Assembly (NCBI GenBank): GCA_030704615.1
Contig: CM060732.1
Span: 35,278,001 to 35,342,000, forward strand
Direction of reading: 5' to 3'
DNA: 64,000 nt
DNA from: Takakia lepidozioides
Taxonomy: Eukaryota; Plantae; Bryophyta
Part shown: positions 22,696 to 35,900 of the stretch, in pieces
How positions within the stretch are numbered: the stretch's first letter is position 1
How the letters are laid out: each line of letters opens with the position of its first letter
Translations under genes and position numbers: made by a program
The notes under the pieces: generated by a model
The model's input: the letters and a program-made list of their open reading frames with translations, nothing else
What the model was told of the DNA's origin: nothing
The model's database searches: none

Positions 22696-23335
22696 TTATT
22701 TGACGGTTTTTATTGACTATGGCGAAATTTCGCACTTTTACGACCTCAAAAAATAATATAGAATATTCTCTCTTCCCTATTTTCTCATGGATGAAATCGC
22801 CCAAATAAACTATAAATATTGGATGAATTATCCAAATACGGATGATATATATGGATGAAATTACTGAAGAGGATGATTCTATCCAAAGTTCATCCAGAAA
22901 ATATGGCTATTTCTTGCAGAACTCAGTAGCCATTCCTGTTATTTTCCAGATTTCAAAAAACAAAAACTCGCAAGTTTCTTTCTTTTCTCGTAGTTTTAAT
23001 TTTAAGAAAATTAATTTGGTGGAATCCAGTGACTTATCAGCCGTGAGGTTGTGTGTTCAAATCATGATGGCAGCAGCAGGGGGCTGTATGGCTGGTTGGC
23101 AATCTGCTACAGCTTCACAGCAGGCTGGCACTGTGTGAGTGCTGAGGTGGGTCGATAGGATTGAGCGTCGTGTGCGTTCAGAATTCTGCGTTGAAAGATC
23201 GAGCACAGAAATGGGAGAATTGTGTCGGTGTCTGCATGCATCTTGTCTCATTCGAGTTTACGCACATGCAATGTGTAGCAGTTTGAAGAGAGAAAGAGGA
23301 GTATGATTCATGGGTAGGATTTGGAGGAAGAAGCT

Positions 23336-26300
23336 ATGGCGGAGCGGAGATTGAAGAATGTTCTGTCGCACCTATTCCCTCCCCCCACTGCATCCGGGTT
23401 GGATATTCAAAGCAGTCATCCCGCACAGTTTTCTCGTAATAGTGAGAAGATTGTTGAAGGTGGATATACGGATAGCGGGAAGACAGGCAGGGGAGCAGTT
23501 TCTGTGGGAAAGGAGAGACTTTTCGTTGGTATTACGCATACCGGCAGATTGATGGTAGCCAGTAATGGAGTGAATGCCACACTGAATGTCAGAAAGTTTG
23601 GGATGCACGATGGATTGAGAGAATCACAATGCTCTAGTCAGGAGAGCATGGTCTCGGAGAAACTGGGTAGGCTTAAAATTGAGAGAAACACAGCAGTAGA
23701 GAGAGCTCCTGAGTTGGTGAAGGAGCCTACTTCAGGATTCTGTAGGGACAGACTCATGGAAGGAAAAAGCAGTGGGAATAGAGCTTCTGGTGGATTAGAA
23801 GGGAAAGGAGCAACCAGGGGGTTCAGGGAGATATATGGAACAGAGTTCAATTTTTTGTCAAGAAGTGATTTTAGCTCCGCAAGTGCAGATGTCACTGAGG
23901 TGCGAGGTGAGGAAAGGGGAAATGGAACAGAAGCTACTGAAAAAGATGAAGTAGGGAAGAGCTATGGTGGACCTGAAAATGGCTCTAGCGTTCTAAGAGC
24001 AGGCATAACGAGTTCAAGTGCTGTTTCTAAGGCCGGCAACCTGCATGAAGGGGGGTTTTCAAGTGCTTACAATTTGGCCTCCCAAGAGGGCCAGAGCTCT
24101 AGATTGAGTTTACACAAAGACAAATGTGTCTTATGCGACATTGTGCACGGTCGTGCCCCTGCTTTTAAGGTAATTTAAAATTTTCCACACTCCCTTTCTA
24201 GCTGTTATTGATAGGCTTCGTCTTTCCTGGACTCCTAAGAAAAAGGAGGGACTTAATCTCTAAGGTTTGCAGGACATCGCAGGATCTTGTTGTCTGATGA
24301 AGATTATCGGTTTTGTTCATAGATGGTCAGACATCCTTGTTCTAAATCGACTAGCCTCTTCTCTGTTCGGTTCAGATTATGTTAGTCTTTTCCTCTAATG
24401 ACCATTTTTTCATTAAAATTGTTCCTTCATGACTGGTCACCGCAACCCTATTGAACATTGTCAGTTAACTCCATACTGATACTAAAAAACCTGCTTGATT
24501 CTGTATACTGCATTCTGTTGAGTGTGATGTGATGTGTGTGGTGTGTATTTAATCTCTTGACACACAGGTTTCTGGTTATGGTGGGCTGGACAGCTGTACG
24601 AAGACGAAGCCTGCCTGTGTATTCTGGACAAAAACCCTCTCAGCTTTGGGTTTGGCTCTCTGTAACTCCTCCATTGTGTCATTGGTAGTCAAATGCTTGC
24701 ATTATAGCTCTTTCACACTGCCATACCTTGTCTGTAGAGTGTGAACCTCTCTGAGTGGATCTCTCTCTTTCTTGCCCTCTCCCCTTAAGCAACACAACAA
24801 GGTAACACACTCCATTGGGTACTCATGACATGTTCCTCACATTCGACTCGGCTATCCACGGCTCCTCTGCCTCAGGGACCCTTAGCTGGCGGTGTCATCG
24901 GACTGCTGGGGTTGGTCAAGAAAGACTGATTTACCTCCATTCCTAACCTTAACACATCAGCTAGTGCATGATACTGAACAGACAACGTACCAATGATTGT
25001 TTGGCAGGCATTCACTGATTCTCCCTAAGACACATTTTCCATCGTTACAAGTCACACCTCCTCAGGTATGATTTCCTGAAATTCAGTCATGCGCAACCTT
25101 ACATACCTAGTCAACCATGCATGTAGCCTTTTTTATAGTGTCACTATGGAAGCTCATGTAGGGATTTGTAGGTTAATGTGAGTTCACACATTTAGATGAG
25201 AATTTTGCAACGAGGTGGACATCGTGTAGAGTATCTGAACGCAAAGAAACAAAGACTGGGGGTTCACTCAGGATAACATTGGACTGTAGCAATCGATAAG
25301 ATTTTGCATAGCAGGTTTGTAGGACAGATCTTATCCCGGATGAGTCAGGTTGGAACCTAACATTCTAACGTGTATTCTCAAGTGCTTAGTTGCTTTACGC
25401 TTCTCCCGTAACTCCACAGCTACTCCTTCAGATTTGGAAGATCCTGACCAAATGCTGATGTTCACATGGCTCTCTTCTCAAGCCCATTTGTGTGAGATGG
25501 ATTATCCTTGCTAACACAGGTATAGCATGTGACATACTTGAATAGGATGGCACATACAAAAAGTATGCAGGGTTTGATTCATTTGGGTGAATTTTGCTCT
25601 TGGCTACAGATTGCAGCAGCCATGTGTGCCACAGTGCCCTTGCTTAGTAGTGCTCTTATGGAGGCGACCCATTGTGGTATCTATCGCCTGCGCCTTATCT
25701 CTTGGGGGACTTTTCTATATTTCTCATAATTGACCTTTAGTTTTGATACCTTATGCTGGAGGGACTTCACTTTGGCATTGGTCCTGGCCAGTTAGAAAGG
25801 AAAAGGTCTTTGTATGTGCTCTCTCTCAAATTGAAGGGAAGTCCAAGTCTGTCAGGAATGTGTGCATGTCCTCTTCCTGCTTAGCTAACAAAGGTGGTGT
25901 AATGGGAATGGCAGACTCATTCAATATGCTGGTGAACAGTGGGGTGGCTGCTGGCCAAGTCATCTTCCATGTATGTACCCCTGCTTGATTTCAGATCTGT
26001 ACTTCTGTGATTGTAGTGTACAGCGTACGGTAGCGGGTTTTAGAGGAATTAGGCTAGATTACAATGCTTAAAGCCCTTAGCAAGCTCATTGCGGCTGTGT
26101 TTACCTTGAAGCACCGCAGTAGAAAATGTTGTTTGGGGAGCTTCTATTATACCTACCACTGCACTCTAACATAACACCTGACAATGAAGCAGCCTGAACG
26201 TCATTGTCTGATGAAACCTGGCAGACTCACTTCCATATAATTCCAAGATGTCTGGGTGACGGGCTGTGGCAATCTGAGGTGCGTAATTGGTTGTTCATCT

Positions 26301-26931
26301 CATTCTGAAACAGTCTCTTGATGGAATAGAAATATGTAAAATCCACCAAGATGTATCTAGTGTGATGCAGAAGTATGATGACTGTTTCTGGGCTGATAGT
26401 TATGTAGCCTAAAATTACATACCTTGGATGCTTGTCTTTCTTATAGGAAGCACTACAAGCAATGTCAGCTGATTATTTGCCAGGTAGTTTGAACAAATGA
26501 ATACTCGCTAAAGGAAAGAAGGGCATCCTTAGGAAATGATAGGTATTTCGGACACGCAAAACATTAACTGTGGTAACCTGCAAATCAGGGAGCTGCACCT
26601 TCAATCACATCGTAACTAAAAGCATGACAGATTTCCTGCCTACACCTCATGGTTTTTAATTTCACATTCAGATTTATGAGCTGAATCTCAACCAGCTTCT
26701 GGAAGTTGAGGTACAGTAGTGTGAGCTTCAGTGACTACAGAATCATGTCGACTAGTATCAGATCTCTGTTTTGGGATGATCACCAGAAAGTGGTATTCTC
26801 TTACACTTCAGCTCACTTGATTGCGTATGATGATGCAGAATACTTCTCGGAGGCCTCTGAGAGCTGTGCAGGAGGCTTCACTGTTAGCAAAAGTTGTACG
26901 CACCAAGATTTTATCAAGCAGCCAGTTATGA
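23336..26931 (+). CDS. HINT3: Histidine triad nucleotide-binding protein, HINT3-like (adenylylsulfatase), 7 exons, long N-terminal extension
   Basis: Exons 23336-24169, 24594-24649, 25008-25065, 25610-25676, 25915-25970, 26225-26278, 26839-26931. CVLCDIVHGRAPAFKLYEDEACLCILD...GHSLILPKTHF...FNMLVNSGVAAGQVIFHTHFHIIPR contains the HxHxHxx triad. Confidence 0.88.
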
Positions 26932-28583
26932 GTGTGGGGCACAGTTGGGAATCTTCAACAGACAGCAGATCGGTATGTGCAGGAAGCGTGGTAGGAGGCA
27001 TTTTGTCCCCACAGATGAGGACAGAACTTACCAACTACACCAGAACCTCCTTAATTGTCACCCTTGGACACCAGCCTGGGCCACCCATGCAGCACATAAG
27101 TATAGCTGGTGTTGACCAGAGCTCTCATGTGCCTCCGTCTGGTTTTCTGGTTGTGCTGATATTGGAAGTTTGGTGCCTTGTACCCTAAGATTTGTTGTTG
27201 TTGCTTTCAGCAGAAACCAAAGATGCAACCAATCTCTTTGGACGTAGGCCTAGTAGAAATCAGAATAGGTGAGTGTATATTTTCACTAATCCTGTTGATA
27301 CACCTGATTGTGCTCTGGCAACTACGGAGTGAAGAAATGTATGTCAGGGTAATCATCAGCAAAATGTCAAAATTCAGCTTGGGACACAAGTAGGGAGATG
27401 TGGGGTCCATGTATCATCCACATCCCCTGCTCCCCCTCCAGGGCTTGGTGCAATTGACCCCCAAGCAGATTGAGCTATTTTCTCCTGTCTACTGTCTAAG
27501 ATAGTCTAGCTGTTGTGACCAAATGGATAAGAGGCAGAGATAACATACAGCAGAATAAACTGTCCTCCCAGAGTTTCCTTTCTTTCTAAGAAGGGGAGCT
27601 ACCAAGCAATCAAAGGGTACCAACTGTGCATTATCTCTTCAACATGTTGTGGTTCACATCAAAGTAGCATGTTACATTTGTAGGGTAGCACATGGAAAAT
27701 GGAACTCATAGAATATTAGTTTGCCACCCCACTAAAGTGGGAAATGCCCAACTAAGTGAATTCTCAGTGCATCTACTTATGTCCCGGAATTGGCAGTTCA
27801 AAATCCTGAGAGGATGATGAAGAACTTGCTGCATTGAACTAGCATAGTAAGGCCCAGGGCAAGAAGAGGTACATAAGAGCGTTAAGAGTTAACGAACCCT
27901 TGTCCCACTTCTCATCTGCACTGAGTCGCTGCCTGCTGGTCTGCTTTGCCGGCCCGAGACCAAACGCCACCCTGAGACTGGGAACACAAACCCCAAGAGT
28001 GTTGTGAAGTTCGATGGGAGACCATCAACAGCAGACTGGCCATGCTAGGAATCACTTGAGCGTTCAAAGCCGAGATTGTCTCTGGCCAAACCATTGTCCA
28101 GCAAGGTATTGTTGCTCCAGTTCAAAGCTATCAAAAGTGTTTAGCAGGTTTCTAGGCTGGGCATTGCTATCGTTTTGTAACTTATACACAGGGTGCTTCA
28201 ATCAGGCTCCTGTCTGGCAAAAAGCTGTAGTCATGCCAAATCCGACCCTCAATCGCACTGGATCAGGAGAAATTAGTGGTCTGGTGCAGCCCTCTCACAG
28301 TATATGATTTGTCAACTAAATGCAAAATTCAACAGACCAGCAGGTTGTTTGTTGGAAGTTCATCACTGCTTGAGAACCGGTGTGTATAGTGCCCACACTA
28401 GTATATTAATGGGTTTCCCAGTGGAGACCCACAGACAATGCTTTTGGAAAAAAAGTGAATCACAAATTTGATTTTCCTCACTTTACAACAGTAACCTAGA
28501 GCTGAGAAATGTGGAGAAAAAAAATGGTGGACGAAATCCAAGAGGAACCCATGTGTTGAGAGAAATAATCCTAAGGAGAAGAT

Positions 28584-29525
28584 CTACTTTTTCTCCTCTT
28601 CTGCGAGTGAAGCTACATATGATGGGGGTGGTCGTATCACAATGCTGCGCTTCCACTGCTTATCCAGCTTCCTTGATTCTCTCATGGTAACGCCACGCTC
28701 AATTTCTCTTTCCCGTCGCACTGTTAGCATCCGTGCAACCTGCTCAAGAGGGGGGGCAACATTAAGCCCTCAGAAACATATGTCTGCATTGCTATGTCCC
28801 CTTCCTTCCCACAGCCTGACAATCTAGAATGAAGCGCTATCTTGCAGACATAACGTCATGTGACAACCTATTCAGGGAAGATGATGGAAATACAAGGGAA
28901 TGCACGAACCACATCCCCCCTCATTCTTCCAGAGGAAGACAATAATGACCCTATCATTGTTTCCTTCAGTAGCCCATTCCAATCACAGGTGGTTTGACAC
29001 TTCTCTCTTTATGCTTTAAAGTAAAAGACACGCAGACCTGTTTGCGGATGCGGCGGAATTCACTGCTCTTATACTCCTGGCGAGTGGCCTGCTTGGTTCG
29101 AAGCAGAAACAATTCACCCTTGAGATCCACCACTGTCGTGTTGATGTCCTCATCATTCATCTTTCGTATCTCAGTGAGCTCCTGCTCCCTCTTCGCCATC
29201 ATCACCACTTTTACAGCTCCTCCCCCCGTGCTTTGCCTTCCGGGCATGGCCAAATGCAATCGACCACGCCCATTGTGCACACTGCTGCTGCTTCCCACCC
29301 GCTCTGGCTACACAGCGAGACAGTTCCAATGTAAGTCGCAGGGAGACACAGAGCTTAAAATTTCCACTTTCCGCTTCCCTCGACATCAAGGCATAAAAGG
29401 TAACAAATGCAACACTCAGAATATGAAACATGGGTACTTGAAAGCACAAGGAGCAAACAAATGGGGTGATGACATACCAGTCTGAGAGAGGAAGCAAGCG
29501 AGGAGAGATTGGCGATGGAAGCCAT
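28584..29525 (-). CDS. RPL29: Plastid 50S ribosomal protein L29 (uL29c), 3 exons
   Basis: Exons 29525-29478, 29307-29038, 28739-28584. Ser/Ala-rich transit peptide, then MAKREQELTEIRKMNDEDINTTVVDLKGELFLLR...EFRRIRKQVARMLTVRRERE...KQWKRSIVIRPPPS. Confidence 0.93.
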
Positions 29526-29914
29526 GGCCACGTCCAGGGCGTGTGCGAGATGGAGACGAGGGTGCGAGACGGATAAGGGACTCCTTCTCATGTTGGAACT
29601 CCCGGGAACCATATGAACATATTGCGAACGCGTTCTCTATATGGGGACGTCGTCTTCTTTTCTTTTCTTTTCCTCTTTAATTATTTATTATTATTTTTAA
29701 AGGCGAAGATCTGTGCCCTAAAATATGGACCTGACCTAAAACGTGTTCGAGTTGAGATGTGAGAGAGAGAGAGACACACACAGAAGAGAAGATCGCACAG
29801 GGTGATGGATGCATAGGAAAGACAAACACAGGTGATGAGATTGCGAAAGAGAACCGAAATTGAGGTGCAGTAAGGGCGACTGAAGGTGGAGAGAGAGAGT
29901 CACTGCATCTTTAA

Positions 29915-32900
29915 ATGGAGGCAATGGAGCCTACTGGTGGCCAGTACAAGAGGGTGAAGTTTGTAGAGTATGCAGTTGCACCACCCCCCGTGGTGCCCGT
30001 AGCAGGAGCTTTGGAGAAGTCGGTAGAGCCGAAATTGGGAGCTGTAGCTGGAAAGTCCATCACGTTGAATCAGATACAAAGAGATAGGATCACAAGGATT
30101 GCAGCTGCCAATTGGGGAAAGGCTAAGAAAGCCTTCGATGCAAAGCTGGTGGATGATATATACCGCACAGAACTCACGGTATCCACGCCATTGCAGCGGG
30201 TTATGGTGCTGGAGATCAGCCAGTACCTCGAGAACTATCTGTGGCCGCATTTTGATCCTCAGACTGCAACATTTGAGCATGTGATGTCCATTATTCTCAT
30301 GGTGAATGAAAAGGTACCTTTGTGAAGTATCTTTTGTACTCGTCTTTCAGGCGTTGAAGTATTTCCGCCAGTAGCCATTTTCGCAGAGCGTGAGACTGAG
30401 CCAGTAATTGAATTAGGTGTGTTTTGCATAGCCCTCATCTCTGCACAGACAGTCCTGGACTGGGAATATTGGACCTTACCTAGATATTTTTGACTCTAGG
30501 TTTCTGTTCAGTGTTAGCTATCAAGTTACCACTCTATATGGAGCATTTTACCAACACCTCTTCTTCTCTTCACAGGCTTCCAAATTGCACTTGTTTGTAG
30601 AAAATGAGAGCTGTAATATTGTGGCAAGTTAGGAAAACACGATTTGCATCATTACATGGATTTGCTACTTAATTTTTTTGGGCCAAGCTGTAGACCCTAA
30701 ACCCTCTGCCCTGATTGAAATTTGTGTTCTTGAGGTTGTGCATGGCCATGTTACAGTGCCGCTTACGGATGTCAATAACATCAAATCGATGAATATCGGA
30801 TCTGAAAACCCAGTGCCTTTGAAAAGTGGTCCTCCAGGAGCTGGTTTCTTGTCGATAACCTTCTGCATGTCGGTTGGTTTTATGCAGTTTCGTGAAAATG
30901 TACCAGCATGGACGTGTTTTCATGAACGAGAGGATGTCTTCCCTTCCTTCTTCAAGCGTGTACTGACTCTGAAAGACCAGGTTTGGTTTCTCAGGAGGGA
31001 CAATCAGGTCTCTCTTCTTGGTCTATTCAATATTAGGATTTCTGGATGAGAGGTGACCTGGACCCTTGATAAACCCTAACTCTGGTCCAAATACAAAATA
31101 GCTAGGAGGCACTTAGAGTGGTTTATTTTAATATTTAGGAAGAAAAAACTGAAGACTGTGGGGATGGTACAAGAAGTTCTGAGACAGGCCAGATTAATAA
31201 TCTGAATTGATATGCTGAAATGGTGGTCTTTGGCATGGGAACTCTGGTAAGTATTGGAACAATTGAGTTCTCTCTGTCTACGTAGTTCTTGTGGTGGCTA
31301 GTGACTGGTGCAGAAACAGCAAGCCACTGAAACCAGTGATTTAGTTGATCTGTTGGAACCTTGAATGGCATGTTATTAAAATGTAGACTTCACTTTGCCA
31401 ATCCGAATGCTCACCAAATTGCACCACTGCCCCTCAAGCAATCCTTGGCAGATGCTATGAAAGCCTATCAATGAAAATCCTGAGAGTCCACCCTCAAATC
31501 CCTTGTTTCTGTGCTATGATTTGTGCACATAAATTTGGTTTCTTTGTCAGGCTCATATGTTAAACCATATATGAGAGTCAGAATATTTGAGATTAATGTC
31601 AGCAACAAATAGTACTCGGTGAATAGAAAAGAAGAATTATCATCTTGCAGTAGAGAGGAAATAACCCCGGTTGCCCTGGATGGTTTGCAGAAGGATCATG
31701 TAATGAGCATAAGAGAGAAGGAAAACTACCTGCTGTTCACGATTCATTGTTTCCAGGTAATGATACTGCTAACCATGATTGTGTGTCTTTCTAATTTGAT
31801 TTTTATTAACAAACATTGGAAGGCAGTCTGCAAGAAGCTGTTGCCTAGGAGCATGCAAAATGTTTTGTAGTTGGTCAAGCCAGGTCTGTAAATTTGTATA
31901 CATGCCCAGACTATGTTAAAAGAGAGATTTGTAAGCTCTGAAAGGATGTAGATGAACTGTGGGTGTTTCCTGACTTTGGAGCAGAGCTTGGAGGATGAGA
32001 CAGTGCGGTTACCTGTACTTCAGCTGGTTTCACTGCAACTATGGCGTGCACTTTCTCCTGGCCGTCTCCAGGTACAGATTTTGTTTCATTGCGCTGTTCC
32101 TTTCCTTTAGGGGTCTCTTAGCCACAAGCAGAGCGAGTTGGGGACTCCCATGATTGATAGTTTATGGTATTTACATTCAGCAAATGGTAGACTGTAATGC
32201 CAGGTTTACTTAGCAGGCAGAAGTGGGCAGTACGATTCCCAAAGCCTTTGTCTAAATATTGGTTGCTATGAGTAGATGGAGTTGGTGCAACATCCCCAAC
32301 TCTTGGTCCACTGGAAAAAGTTGCTGAAGAAGGAAGCTCAAGCATTGAAGAACACAGGTAGTGCTGCTAATCCACGTGAGAAGCTGGAAGTGCGGTTTTT
32401 GCCATCGCTTTTGCAAGAATTTTTGGAGGTGAGCCCCTGTTTGATCAGTTCCTTCCTACTCAAAGCTTTGAAGAGAAGCTTCCCTAACTAGAAAAGTATT
32501 ATATCTGTACAGAAGGGAGGGAAATGGAATTGCATCATGTATAGAGAGCATACAGACCAATATTTTTTTTGAAATTGAATTACATGCAATGTTATTGGTG
32601 TGTCTATCATGGAAGAGTCTTCCTTGGTATCAGGGACCGTGTGCCTGACAATGTTTCTATCAATCACTGTGAAGATCTTGGAGTCAACTGTTTCCTTCCC
32701 AACTGAGAAAGGAGAAGAGAATGAGGCAGGCAATGTAGCAATGACCGACAATATGACCGACAATGAACCATCGGTTGACATTGCATCGCTGCTCTACTGT
32801 GAACGTTTCTCTGAATTTTTGATTGATCTTCTCAGTCAATTGCCAACTCGGAGGTAAGCGCAATCGGGACATTTTACTTGTGGTTAGTTCTTTATGGTGA

Positions 32901-35900
32901 CCATTTGAGTGGGTTACTGCTGTAGGTTGTTGGGTGGAGTTTGAATCTAGAGTTGTGTTAACTTAGGCAGAAAATGCTCTAGGCATTCAAGTGGCCCCTT
33001 GCTGGTGGCCCCTTGCTGGTGGTCTGCTTTTAGTGACAGTTGTTTTTTATTGTTTGCTGTTAATGTCTGAGGGGTGCAGAATCAATCACTCTCTTAAATC
33101 TTCTGAGGGGGACAATGGAGAATGAGACATAGTGCAGGTTTACTCTTCTGCCTTGTTCCGTTTTATTCTCTCATATTATATCAACCCATCGTCGTATTGT
33201 CTCAACACTTCAGATTCGTGAGAGCCTTGGTGGAGGATGCAGCGATTGTAGTGAAGAGTCGAATGAGTGCTTTGTATTCGCACCGCCAGGGGCGACTTTT
33301 CAGGCAGTTAGTTGATCTGCTGCGGTTTTATCAAGGCTACGAAATCAACGACCAGACTGGAACTCAGTTCAGTGATGTCGATGTCCTACTTAACCACTGT
33401 TCACGCCTTCAAGCGCTTCAGCGCCTTGTCTTTAAGGAAGTCCCAAAGGTCTGGACTATTTCAGTTTGGTAGTTGTGTCAATGAGAATTTTCATCATTTC
33501 ATCTCAGAATCAAACGATTCCGAAACTTCCAAGAGCTTTTTGAGCCCAACCTTCCCACTCCTGGATATGTTGGTGTGCTCTCTGTTGCTGTCATTCTTTA
33601 GTAATAGAGAGTACATAAAGAGTGTGTATGAACCATCTTAGGAAATAGCTGTATTTTGACTATTAATATCCTTTGGTTTCTTGCCTTTATCCCTGGACAG
33701 GTTGAGAATTTGTGTCCACCATCTTGGTAGCTTGGTCAAGTGGACATCTTGGGTGCCTCTGGTCGCTTCTTAAGTGAGACTGGCTGTGAGCTTCTTCCTG
33801 TGGCAGTAGTATTGAAGTTGAACACACAAACTCTGACAGAAAACTACTTGACCTGCAGTTACGGGAGCTAGCATTGGCAAATGTGGGCTCTATAGAAACA
33901 AGGAATCATCTCAAAAAGCAGCTTTCAGCACTGTCCCCAGAGGAATTCAAGGATCTAGTCTGCAACAAGGTTTGTGCACATGTAATAGCATGCAATCATT
34001 GTTTCATTAAATCAGAAGTTGATGGTTCTCCAAGGATTGTACATGGGTATTCCTACACTTAGTCCTCTATTTGCTCAAAAATGTTGTCTTTGTTCAACCA
34101 TATTCGCCACACTCATATTTGCCTCAAGAGGTTACTGTGAATCCTCATTGTCAGGTACTGATTCTTCCACATGTACTTGTTATGGAACAGTTGAAGCTGG
34201 TTGCTTCCACCGACCCTTGGACAGACAGGGTTGACTTCCTGGTGGAGGTAATGGTGTCTGCATTTGAGAAACGTCAATCCCAAAGAGAGTCAATTAATGC
34301 TCTACCACTTTATCCAAATGAGGAAGTTATGTGGGATGAGAGCTTAGTGCCCAGCATCAACTACACGGGTGAAGGCTGCCTGGCCCTGCCGAAGCTCAAT
34401 TTGCAGTTCCTTACTCTCCATGACTACATGCTCCGCAACTTCCAACTGTTCCGGTTAGAGTCAACCTATGAGATTAGAGAGGATGCCCATAATGTCTTGC
34501 AGCGCATGGGTGCACGTGTTGGTGATGAAGGTGAGACCCGGTTCTCAGGGTGGGCAAGAATGGCAGTCCCAATTAAGGAGTTCAAGATATCAGAGGTGAA
34601 GGAGCCCAAGATTGGAGAAATGAAGCCAGCTTCTGTAACAGCACAAGTTACTTTCAGCATCGGAAGCTTCCGAGGTCCACATCGCTCTGAATGGGATGAA
34701 TTGAAGAGACATGATAATCTTTTCTTGTTCTCTATCACCCCACCCTTGAATCCCCCCAGCAAGGAGGAAATGGCCCGACTCAGTGTGCCTGAAAGGTTTG
34801 GGCTACAGTATGTGCGTGGCTGTGAAATCATTGAAATGCGAGATGAGGGAGGCACACTCATGAATGATTTTACAGGGAAGGTGAAGAAGGAGGATTGGAA
34901 ACCCCCTCAAGGGGAATTGCGGACTGCTACTGTAGCTCTCGACTGTGCACAATATCATTTGGATTCAGAGGATGTCTATGGGACTTTCAATGTACTGATG
35001 CGAAGAAAGCCAAAAGAAAATAACTTCAAAGCAATCCTGGAGTGTATCCGGAACCTCATGAATGAAGACTGTGTAGTGCCTGACTGGTTGCACGACATTT
35101 TCTTAGGGTATGGCAACCCTGCTGCAGCTCAGTGGAACAACATGCCTAATTTGCTTGAAGAAGTTGATTTCAAGGACACTTTCCTAGATGCACAGCACTT
35201 GAGAGAGAGCTTCCCTGATTGTGAGGTATGTTTTTGGTTTGCACCCTCCATTTCTCTTGCAGTGAATATTGGAGTGAAGGGTTCATATGGATCAGGAATA
35301 GTTATTTTCCTGGTGGATCAGGAGTAGTCAGATTTCTCAATTTTCTTTTTTCGCCCAAGACTTGGATACCAAGGTCCTCGTCCATCGTGAAGGTCCGACT
35401 GAACTGGAGTTGGTATCTGTTATTTCTATTGGTGATCCATGGCAGTTCAAATTTGTGACGCCTGATGGTGACGAAGATACAGCACCGAAGCCCCCATTCC
35501 GTGTCACGCTGCCCAAGGTTTCAAAAGTGTCTAGCTCCAAGCCTAAGCCTGGAGCTGCAAAGAGGAAGGGAGTGGACGGGGAATCAAATAGTGCTGCTAG
35601 CACTGTAGAGAAAGGGCAAGTTGTGGTCGAGGCCTACATACCACCTGATCCTGGCCCTTATCCTCAAGATCAACCAAAACAGAACTCTGTTAGGTTTACC
35701 CCTGTCCAGGTACTCAATCTTCTCTTTTCTCTGTCTTTGTTCATGCGATAGGGGTCTATTTTGCCGACTCCCTCCTTACGGAAAAGATAATGGTGGAACT
35801 TGGAGAAATGGCATCTTCTGGAATCTGTTGGATCCGTGTTCATTCATGGTCCAAACAGGGGTTGGATCAGGTCACAATTGGTGAAGATTAAAAATACTGG

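Noticed and set aside
27790-28400. Possible extra gene between HINT3 and RPL29
   Set aside because: Only short ORFs with no recognisable similarity or consistent exon chain.
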